DNA of 64,000 nucleotides, taken from assembly GCA_043228905.1 (NCBI GenBank), contig JBHGNT010000018.1, forward strand, positions 12,586,001-12,650,000, given 5' to 3'. This DNA is from Azolla caroliniana (taxonomy: Eukaryota > Plantae > Polypodiophyta). Made by a program: the position numbers and the translations under genes. Below are positions 24,226 to 35,400 of the stretch, piece after piece; positions within the stretch are counted from its first letter, which is position 1; each line of letters begins with the position of its first letter. Below the pieces are notes generated by a model. The model was not told the origin of the DNA. It ran no database searches and worked only from the letters and a program-made list of their open reading frames with translations.

Positions 24226-26157
24226 ATGGAGAATCAACAAGAGGCAATGAGCATAACGATGATGATGATGTTCGAGCGGATGCTACAAGAACAACGAGTG
24301 ATGTCGGAGATCACGGGGGCAGTAAAGCGGCTCGTACAACGAAACGGACAATTCAACGGAAACGATGTGTCATGCTATCTACGTGACTACAAGGCGGAGA
24401 TGATACGATGTGGGATACCGGAAGGATTGCAAGTGACATCCTTCAATCGGGTGGCCACGGATGAGCTACAAGAGAGAATCCACAAGATACGGCAACAAAA
24501 CTCGACATGGGGGTCATTCGAAGAAGCTTTATGAGAGGCATATGATTACAAGAGATCGAAGGGACAAGATCGGCGAGAATTCGACGAATGGGTGGCATCG
24601 GAGAAGACCCACCGAAGTGCAACACAAGCATTCCTAGAGTTCGAGAATCGTTTTGCTCGACTCTCGGAGCGGGAACAACGGTTGGTGGGAGAGGATAAAG
24701 TCCTAATGTTCGTAAAATCGATCGATCGAAAAGAAAGGATGGACATCGGGATCGAACTCGAAGACGATGAAGGTACGAATGGTCTTACTGAGGATTGGGC
24801 CAAAGTCGAAAGGGTATGCCGGAGACATGATGAGAGGAAGATGAGAATCTTGTCAACGACATGGCCGATGAAGGATGGTCGATTGAAGACAAACGATGGA
24901 GCCGATATGAAGGCCGAAATACAACATGATGGTGCGACGGAAGAGGGTGTAAAACAAGCTACCCTCTTGTCTTGCGAAAGAACAACGATGAAGGATAAGG
25001 CCGATAACCCAAGTGTAGAAGAAGATTTCGGAATACAAGTGTCCGAAACATCGGGTGAAAAAGGGGTAAGCATAATTGATGTTTGCATAATTGATGCAGT
25101 GAAAGAGAGCAAGGAGGACTTGATTGAGGAGGTCGCCACGAAAGATGACATCGAATCGAAGGTGGCTATGGACGAATCAACGACGGATGGCCATATCGAG
25201 ACTTCCCCACCACTGATTCTAGAGACTCCGGCGGTTGCGTTCGAAAGGCAACGTGAGACCGAAGAGACGGAAGGTGGCGGAGAGAAAACAAAGGTCGAAG
25301 TCGATGCATACGACGGAGAGATAGCCGAGAATATGGCTATGGGTGAAACAATGGAGGATGATAATACCGAGGATTCCTACCCACTAATTCTAGAGACTTC
25401 GGCAGTTGTGTCCGAGAACCAACGTGAGACCGGAGAGATGGGAGGTGGCAGCAAGAAAGGTAAAGTCGGAAGCCGGTTTGGATGGAAGGTGATCCGGACG
25501 GGATTCCGATCCGAAAGAAAGCCGACCCGAAAAGGGGTCAACTCGGTCAAAACCGATCGACCGAGTCTGACTTGGTCGAACGCGAATATGGATGGAAGCC
25601 GACCTAGCCGAAAGCCGATCAGACGAGACCGATCCGGAAAGAAGCTAATCCGACTCAACCGAAGGTTGGACCGGTCGAGGCTGGTGAAAACGAGGAAAAG
25701 AAAGCCAACCGAAACCGAAACCGATAGATCGAAACCGGGCCGGAAGGAGACAGACTCAATCGAAACCGAACAACCGATTCCGATTCGGCCAAATACGAAT
25801 CTGATCGGAAGCCGATCAAACCGAAAGTCGATCGGACGAGAGCGATCCGGAAAAAAGTCAAGGTTGATGAAGACAAGAAAGAGGCCAGTAAAAGACACTA
25901 CCACGAATGACAAGGGCCAAGAATATGACGAGAGAGAACAAAGAATATGGTGGATCGGATGGCGACAATGGTTCGGGTGGAAAGAATGGGTCTACTCAAA
26001 ATGGAGAGACAAAGTTGACATAGCGGGACAAACAGAGGATGAAGGGGAGACAACGAGCATCGGCAACTTCGGCACATACCGGAGGATGTGCGGGTTCGGA
26101 GGGGGCGAGTGTCGTAGTGTATTTCGTACACTACGTGAAAAAGTAAAAATAATATAA
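24226..26157 (+). CDS. Gag N-terminal/capsid region fused to acidic and basic repetitive tails; one in-frame TGA at 24532
   Basis: NGQFNGNDVSCYLRDYKAEM and FENRFARLSERE...KVLMFVKSIDRKER align with B Gag. ORFs 24046-24534 and 24592-26157 are in the same frame. Confidence 0.75.
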
Positions 26158-27639
26158 CCGATTTAATTACATATAAATAAATAAAATAATATATCAAGAT
26201 ATTTATCACGTGCATAGGGCAAGATTCGAACCTTGTACCTCCACGTAACCAAACCTCAACTTTACCATTATGCTACCTTATCTTTAGTGTTCTATAAATA
26301 GATTTAATAACTATAAGTGCTTTATTTGCGCCTACCTTTATTAAAAGGTAAATCATGTATTTTTAGAGTGCGTGAATATTTTATAGAAAAACGCAAGCAA
26401 CCAAAAAGTGACTCATGCACATCTAGCGTGCATGAGCACTATATTTAGCAAATAAAAGCAAGGATTAGAAAAGCATCACATGCATATTTAGTGTGCATGA
26501 ACATATTAGAAAAAAAGCATGTAGCTATGCTTAGTCTCTCCCATCACTACATAAGGATGGGGAGCACAATGTAATAGACGTGTGAAATATTTGGAAATTG
26601 GATATATTTCTGAAAACACCAACCGATTAATATAATCGTGGGATTCACGAAAATAATATAATCTATACTTGTGGGATTCACAAGTTTCTTATATCTTTCT
26701 TTCAATCTAAATACATATTCTTATCTAAATATTGATTAATCGAATAAAATACACTCGTGGGATTCACAAAATTTCTATCTCTCTTTCTAATAATCTATTC
26801 ATTACTAGCCTCATCTCATATTCTTCTTTCTCCTAGTCCAAAACCTCGGCGGTTCCCACCCGACTCACGCAAACGATCCGGAGCCGAAAGGCACGACAAC
26901 GCGAACAGACACCGACACAGACAGATGCGAATGACTAAATATGTATATTAACAAAAATGGCTAACACGACTACAACCCTCGATGGGGCACAGGTTGGTTA
27001 CAACCGAACAAGCCGGCGAACAGATGCCGATGCTTGTTCGCTTCGACGCACAAAGGGGTAGCAGGTCGGAGGTGCTGCCGGAAGCACTTGGGCGTTCCTC
27101 GAAACAGCGCGAGCCTCCTCCTCGGAACCCTGCACAGAAAAGCTATGGAGCTCAAGAAGGAAGGAAACAGAGAGAGAAGCGTTCAGAAATGGTCCGACAG
27201 CACTTCGTCCTCTCTGCGCAAGATCTCTGCAACAGCTCTTTCCTGCTCCTTATATAGGCCGACGAGCAGGCCGTCCTGTCAGCTTTATTCCCTGTCCCTT
27301 TTGGACCGGGATCCGCTCCGCTCTTCACGCATCCGCGTAGTTACGCCGCCGACTCGTACAGTTCCTTAGCTCGCGCGCGCGACCGAAAAGACTGTTTGCG
27401 CGGTCTTTGTCTCCACTTGTGTTAGGGCCCGTTCCTGCCGATTATCCTCCTAATTCGCTTCTATGTACAACTTGGAGCGTGCGCGCGTGAAGAACCGGTT
27501 CCCACGCCTTGGTGCGGCGATTCCGCTTATGGACGGTTTTCTTCACGACACCGCGTGAACCGTTACATGCGTTACAATCTTATACTATTCCCTATTCCTG
27601 CGCTCTTGTCCGTCAGTTACTATTCTAGCGGACAACACC

Positions 27640-27684
27640 TGGCACGCCTATGGGACAATGCCATGGCACATCGGACCCATCCCG
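27640..27684 (-). promoter_or_regulatory. Pre-LTR hairpin and tRNA-Arg 3'-end mimic in the PPT position (element A)
   Basis: The minus strand reads cgggatgggtccgatgtgccatggcattgtcccataggcgtgcca-gg-TGTT. The LTR boundary is fixed by alignment with the 5' LTR. Confidence 0.75.
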
Positions 27685-27855
27685 TTAATCTTCTTCGAAA
27701 ATGGCCCGAATGTTTGGCTCTGCTACGGTGTCCGTGTCCGGGGACGGCGTAGGGCCCGTAGGTGCATCGTGGTGTGGTTCCCCTGTTTGGTCGGGAGGGC
27801 TTCTCCTAGTGTCGCGATCGTCGTGTGTGGACGGTCAGGGTTCTATGGGCTCTTC

Positions 27856-29649
27856 TTAGGCTAGGGGGTTGGGCTCAGCCGTCGGCGAGCTTGCGGTCGG
27901 TCGCGGCTCCGTCTCATCCGTCACTTCCTCCGTGGTGTCGGCCGTCGTTGTACGCTCTAGGGAGTGGGGTTGCGGTTCCGCTTGGTCCGCAACGTTCTCC
28001 ATGTGGTCGGTTGATAGCGTATGCTCCGGTAGATGGGATTCCTCTTGGGCAGCGGTTTCGCTGTCTGGTAATGTGGGGGACTCCGCTCGTCGTTTCGTGC
28101 TGTTCACCGTAGTTGTAATTTCTGGTGACCTGGCCTGAGGTTCCTCTTCTTTGGTAGTGTCCGAAATTGGTGTCGCGATGGATTCCTCATTTGTTCACGT
28201 GCTGCCGACTTGTGTGATCTGGTGAAACAACTCCTCCTAGCTTTCACCAAAATCATCTAATAGCTGCGTGAGTTCTTCAGAATGTTGGTCCGCTAGCGCG
28301 CAATAGTCCTGCGCTAGGTTCTCGCGTACTGCCGCAATGCTCTCCTTATTGAGTTTATAGAAACCTCGGCCATCTTTTCGCCGGTTCTCCCAGTCGGCAC
28401 GATACGCATGCAATTCCGCCGCTTGGGCTGCCCGCACCATCCATCCTTTGTCTAGCATCGTTTTCAATTGCGTTGTGAACCTTTCCCGATTTGTTTGTAG
28501 AAGGATACGCACGTTGTCTATGATGTCCTGGCAACGGTTGCGTGCTTCTTCCACCGACTTCTTGAGGTTTGCAATTTCTTGCTGACTAACTGCCGCCGCT
28601 TCTTCGTACGTACTCTTCAGGCCCGCCCACAACTGGGATTCCTTTGCATGGAGTTCATCTAATTTCCCCATTTCATTGTTTAGGCGGATTTCGAGCTGAT
28701 GCCTTCTTTCCTATTCGCCCACCAGTTGCTCGTCGAACCATACCTTCTTTTTCTCCAATAAGGTTCGGAGTCTCGCAATTGTTGCCTCCGATTTCTTCGC
28801 TTCTTCCTGTAATTGGTCGTTTTCTTCTTTTGTCTAGGTGTGTTGTGCTGCCTCCGCAGTGAGTTTCTCTTCAAGGGTTTTTACTGCCTTTCGGCCATTG
28901 GCCCGGATGTCCTTTTCCCTGTCTGAAGATTGGTGAAGTTCAGCATGAAGGCAGTCAATTTTTTATTCCGCTAGTTGTACGACCCTTTTTGCTTTTGAGG
29001 CAATGGCGGTCTAAGCCTCAATCTCTTCCTTCAAGGCTTCGATGGCGTGGTTTGGTGGTGGAGTTTCCTGTTGCGCCGTAGTCGCGTTAGTTTCCAACTC
29101 CCCGATGCGTTCGTTGGCTTTTTGCAACTCGGCTTGGGTCAGTTTCACCTTCTTCCAGACATTCTTATTTTTAATGGCCATCTCCTTGGCGCCCGTGCTG
29201 ACCTTTTCCAGTTCCCTATGGACTTCGACTAGGGCCATGTTTAATGGGGGTAGCTCCATCCCCACTCGGCGTATATCGGCGTTCCTCTGTCTGCCGACTC
29301 TGGCTAACCGGTCCTCATCGTCGCTCTCCGCCGTTTGTGTTAAGGCGCGCTCGATCATCTGGCGCTCCGCGTGCTCCTCGACCATTCGTTGTGAGGCCTT
29401 TATCTGTTGCGTTGCCAAGAATTCCATGAGCTTAAAAGAGGTTCCGAACTGCAAGAGGGCGTTGAACTCATGGGCCATGTCCGGGATATCCAGATATGCC
29501 AAAACCTCGGTTTCCACCATCAATACGGCTTTCCCTCGTTGTGACTGGGCCGTAATGATCGGTCGTGGCTCCTAGATGATTTCGAAGGTGGTGTTGGGCT
29601 CCGTAGCTGTGGAGCCATCACCTTCGGTCGTTGTCTCTGCCGCCGTGGG
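27856..29649 (-). pseudogene. C-terminal two-thirds of the extra ORF of A (coiled-coil)
   Basis: ORF pieces 29011-29523, 28237-28671 and 27856-28107 lie on the pol strand; homologous to 1-822. Confidence 0.7.
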
Positions 29650-32416
29650 TGTTGGGATTATGGTCCCTTCGGATGGGATGGTCGGATGTCGGAGATGAAT
29701 GACGACAAGCCCGGTTTCGGTTTCGGAACCGGATGATGAAGATCCCGGTTACGGAGCCGGATGACGAATGTACCCGGAGAGAGATCCGGATGCGGGGATA
29801 TATTCGTGAATATGTTTGCCAAGGGCCCTTGAGGCTATAGTTGTAAATAGCCCGAAAGTCATATGTGTATAAATATGACTTAGGGCAAACAGTTTTAATG
29901 TTGCTACTTATTTTTCTGTTTTTCCACTCAAGAGGAGTGAAGAGAGAGCAACCGTGATAGAGATAGAGCGTGAGAGAGGAAGAGGTCGACGCCTCTGTGT
30001 AATTCCGCCGCCTGTGGCGAGGACAGCGAGCTCAAGGTCGTCGCCTTGCAGCTCACCATTGTATATTTCTCTGTGCATAGTTTTGGTTTGGAGTCTTGTA
30101 CTCCCGTGGTTTTTCCCGTACAGGGTTTTCCACGTTAAATCGTGTGTCCACTCTATTTTTCGCATTTCCCATTTTCTGCAACAACGATTCGTGTGTTTCC
30201 TTGGTTGTGGCCGATAGGTGAAGTTTCGTAAGAGACGATTATTTCCATCAATTTGGTATCAGAGCGAGCTGCTGCAGAAAATGGAAGGCGGCGGCAGCGG
30301 GCAGCCGGGGATGATGGTGCTGAATGCGCAGAATTACGCCGACTAGAAGATCAAGATGGAGGATCTTCTGATTGTTCGGGACCTGTATGAACCGATTGAC
30401 AGGTCGGAAATACCGAAGGGGGTACTTGAGTCGGAATGGAGGCTTCTGAACCGGAAAGCCGTTGCAACCATTCGGCAATACGTCGACGTGAGCGTTCTAC
30501 AACATGTGGCGAACGACACCAACGCATATGAGATGTGGCGGAAGCTGTCGGGCCTCTACGAGAGGAAGAATGTGTTGAACCGGACCTCCCTGATGAGGAA
30601 GATAGTGAACCTCAAGTACCGGGACGGCGAGAGTATGGTGGAACACGTAAGCACGTTCATGGGATTCGTGAATCAGCTTGCGGCGATCAAGTTCCCGTTG
30701 GAGGATGCAATGCAAGCCATCATTCTGATGTGTACATTGCCGGAAAGCTGGGAGAACTTGGTGGTGACTCTCAGCACCTCCTGCACCGAAGATAACTTGT
30801 CCCTACAAACGGTAAAGACAAGTATTTTGAACGAAGAAGCGCGTCGGAGAGATAAAGAACCGGCCTCCGATCCGAAGATGTTGTTTACCGAATCGGATCG
30901 GGGAAGACAACGGAACCGGAGTCCGCAAAGACGGGAGAAGTCGGGGACCCGGTCGCAGTCAAGAGGAAGACCCACATGCTTCCACTGTGGGAAGCCGGGG
31001 CACTTCCGGAAGAATTGTCGGCATTATCGAAAGGACAACGGAGCTGACGACACCGATTCGAAGAAGTCACCGGAGAGAAACGGTGCATACCGGGGAGCCA
31101 CAACCCGGAGAGGTCCGGATCGGCGAGGGCAGGACAGGAAAGGAACGACGGCACTCGCGGCAAGTGAGGATGAAATCATGCTCATCACCGAAGAAGGTGA
31201 ACTAAACATTGCCTGCGATGAGACGACCTGGGTGGTCGATTCCGGAGCGTCGTTCCACCTGACCCCGGAAAGAAGATACTTCTCATCCTACACAGCCGGT
31301 GAGCATGGCTGTGTTCGGATGGGAAATGAAGGTACGTGCCGGATTGCCGGCGTAGGAGACGTGTGGTTGACAACCTCGACCGGATGCAAAATGCTGCTGA
31401 AGGATGTCAGACACGTTCCGGAGGTTCGATTGAACCTGATTTCGGCCGGGAGGCTAGACGATGAAGGCTACACAGGTAGCATCCGGAACGGCGTAATGAA
31501 GTTCAGCAAGGGGAGCCTGATAGTGGCTCGGGCCCGGAAAGTCAACACACTATACCTGATGAATGCCCGGTTATGTCCGGAAGAGCTGAATGTGGCAGCC
31601 GACACTGCCGGTGAGCTGTGGCACAAAAGACTGTGCCACATGAGTGAGAAGGGGATGAAGAGGCTTGCAGAAGACAACCTTATTCCAGTGAAGCATGTGC
31701 ACCTGGAGAAGTGCACCGATTGCCTGGCCGGTAAGCAGAACCGAACCTCCTTCCACTCAAGGTCACCGACGAGACGTAGCGCACCATTGGAGTTGGTGCA
31801 CACTGATGTGTGCCAGGTAGAAACGAAGTCACATGGCAGAGCCCAGTACTTCGTAACATTCATAGATGATCATAGCCGAAAACTGTGGACGGCACCGATG
31901 AAGACAAAGGACCAAGTGTTGTCCGTCTTCAAAGAACTCCACGCGAGAGTGGAAAGAGAATCCGGCAAGAAGCTGAAAGCGATACGAGCGGATAACGGAG
32001 GGGAATACCGGGGGCAGTTCGCGGAGTACTGTCGCTCGAAAGGAATCCGGCTCGAGTTTACTGTGCCGAAGACGCCGGAACTGAACGGGTTGGCCGAGAG
32101 GATGAACCGGACCATAATGGAGAGGGTCCGGAGTATGCTGGCGCATGCGAAATTACCCAAGGGGTTTTGGGCTGAGGCAATGTCGACGGCGACATATGTG
32201 ATAAACAGATCACCCTCAGTATCTTTGGACGGAGACACGCCACAGAGAGTGTGGACCGGTAGGGAAGTATCTTACCGGCATCTGAAGGTGTTCGGGTGTC
32301 TCGCATACGTGCATGTGGCAAAGGACCGGAGAGGAAAGCTAGATCCAAAGACCCGGCCATGCATATTCCTCGGTTACGGCGACGACGAGTTCGGCTACCG
32401 AGTATGGGACCCGGTC

Positions 32417-35400
32417 TGTCGAATACATGTGTATAATGGACGTATTCACACTATCCCGTTTTGGCCATTTATGTAATTAGCATAAAGGGTAGTTGCCCTA
32501 AGTCGGTCACTATATATAGTGACCTTGTAACCTTTTTGTAAGGTTGGGTGTTGTATTATTGCTTTATGGAATAAGAAGTCTTTTGTGTCTCTCTCTCTCT
32601 CTCTCTGTGCAACGACCTACAATCTGTCATACGCAGGTGCAGAAAAGAATCCATTGCTTCTTGATCTTCCACACTGACGGCCCCTTGTCTCCCAACATCT
32701 GGTATCAGAGCCGCTGTCGGCCGTCATCACCGCCTGCACAGCATTCGGTTCTTCACTTCATCACGGCCTGCACAGCATTCGCGTCATTCGAAGAAAGAGA
32801 GAAGAAGAACAAAAACGAGGCTTGCATCTCCTCGCGTTAGATCCTCTTCGCTTGGAGTAAGCCAGCCGGTTGTACTCCGTTCCTTGTGATCGCAACGCTC
32901 GAGGTGAAATCCCCTTGTGCAACATTGACACGATCGCGCTCCACTCGGTTAAACGGCATCCGAAAAGGTCATTAAACGCTGCTCGCCGCTCGTTGTAACC
33001 ACTCGGTGCAGATCGGTCTCAAGACAACAACCCCAATTCGCGCTTCATCCGGCTGATCGACATTCGGGAGGATCAGTTGGATCTGTCTCTCTCGTCGCTG
33101 CAGCCACCCGAAGCAGAATCGGTCCAGATAATCGGTTTCAATAATCGGTATTCGGCATATATATCCGAAGCGAACCGGGCTCACTCCGACTCGGCAACAT
33201 TCGGGAAGACCAGTCGGTTCTGTCCCTCAAGTTACCGGAGTCAATTCGAGCAAGTTCCGAAGCCGAACCGACTCGGGTTCAAATCTGACTAGAACGATAT
33301 CGGGTGAGCCAACCGGCTGCACTCCAACAAGGTTCGTAGTCAACTCCGAACCGAGCTTCGTCAACCGAAACCGAATTTGATGGCATCAACATCCGGCTCG
33401 TCAGAAATGAGTCTACGAAAGTTCGATGGATCGAACTTCAACTTCTGGAAGGAACAAATGCAGGACTATCTCATAGTCAAGGGGCAAATCGATCCCATCG
33501 AAAATGAAGAACCTCCAGAAGGATACAAACCAATTGAGTGGCAGAAGCTGGACAGAATCGTCCGCGCCACGATTCGGATGCACCTATCGGAATCGGTATA
33601 CTTTACGGTGCAATCGTGTACGACAGCATTCGAACTGTGGAAAACACTGTCGGACACTTACGAAAAGAAGGTCGCCGCAACGAAGATGTTTCTGATCCGG
33701 CGCCTCTACAACTTGCGGATGAAAGAATCCGATTCGGTTCAAGCACACCTCAATGAGTACGAAAGCATAAGCTCCCAAATCTCGTCACAGGGGACGGCAA
33801 TCGAGGATGAACTCAGAGCAATGATACTCATGAGCAGCCTTCCCTCATCATGGGAAACTTTCGTCACAACCGTGTGCAACGCGTCAACCACGGCTGTTAA
33901 ATACTCCGAAGTCACGAGCGCAATCCTGACCGAAGCAGCTCGGAGAAAGTCTTTCGCCAAAGACTCAACAGACGACGCTTACGTAGTACAAGGTTCGACA
34001 GACCGATCGAACATACGAGGAAGAGATTCCTCACGGCCGCCGAACAATCAGCGAAGACGGAGCCAGTCACGGGATAACCGAATCTGCAACTATTGCAAGA
34101 AACCCGGACACATCAAAGCCGACTGCCGCGCACTCAAGAACAAGAACAACAAGAAGAGTGGTCGGCATGAGGAGATCAATTACGTCAGCTTCTCAGCTGA
34201 TGTGCTACCAAACGACCCGAATATACTATCAATCGAAAATCCAGTCGGATCAGAAGTTCTGCTCACGACTGAAGAATCGAGCACATGGCTCTTAGATTCG
34301 GGCGCGTCATTTCATGTGACTCCTCATCGATCCCAATTTCGGCAATATACGATCCGTCACTCCGACTCAGTTCGGGTCGGCAACTCACAACACTGTGATA
34401 TCATCGGAATCGGCACAGTAGAGCTTAACCTTGCCGGTGGCTCTACACTTGTACTCCACAATGTCCGACATGTACCCGAGCTCTCAAGGCCATTGATCTC
34501 AGTCGGACAACTAGATGAAGACGGCATTCGTGCCGGTTTTTCTTCGGGAGGGTGGACACTCCACAGGGGGAACCTCCTGCTTGCTAGAGGACCCAAGATA
34601 CACTCACTGTATCCGTTACATGTTACGCTCAGAGAGGGTAACCTGTTTTTGGTGGATATTCCTGTGTCATCACTATGGCACCGAAGACTAGGACACCTCA
34701 GCAAGGCCGGCATCACGCACCTATCTAGAGCCGGATACATCCCCAAACTCTCCTTCTCCGACCATCAATTCTGCGAGCATTGCCAGTATGGCAAACAAGC
34801 AGCCGCATCACATCCGACATCAGCACCCAGAGAAACGAGACCTCTTGATTTGGTCCACTCGGACGTCTGCGGCCCAATGCCGCATCAGTCTCTCGGCGGC
34901 GCCTCTTACTTCGTCACTTTTATTGACGATTCGACTCGAAAGGTGTGGGCGTATCCAATTCGCACCAAAGATCGGGTCTTCTCGATCTTCTCCGATTGGC
35001 TCGCTATGGTAGAAAATCAAACCGACCGAAAGCTGAAATGCCTTCGGACCGACAATGGGGGAGAGTTTAAATCCGAAGAATTCGTCAAATTCTGCCGACA
35101 ACGCGGCATCCGACGTGAATTTACGGCACCACACAGCCCGGAGCAAAACGGGATTGCCGAACGCATGAATCGGACAATCCAAGAACGGATAGTTTCCATG
35201 CTCCAACACTCCGGACTGTCGGATGGCTTCTGGGCAGAGGCTCTACTCACGGCAGTACACATAATCAATATGTCGCCAAGTAGACCTCTAGGACTTCAAA
35301 TTCCTCAGGAACTATGGATCGGCAGTAAGCCGAATTACGACAAGCTGAGGATCTTCGGATGCGAGGCGTACGCCCTTATTCCGAAAGATGATCGCCGAAA

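Larger units (their letters stand above)
23399..26898 (+). mobile_element. Non-autonomous gag-only LTR element C inserted in the 5' LTR of B
   Basis: 789-bp LTRs 23399-24187 and 26110-26898 are nearly identical. TSD acgc; Trp PBS; PPT ggagggggcgag; no PR, RT or INT. Confidence 0.93.
16748..27550 (-). mobile_element. Ty3/Gypsy element B, tRNA-Trp primed, inserted in the 3' LTR of A
   Basis: LTRs 16748-17540 and 23251-23398 plus 26903-27550. 4-bp TSD ccgc (16744-16747 / 27551-27554). PPT at 17541-17551. Confidence 0.95.
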
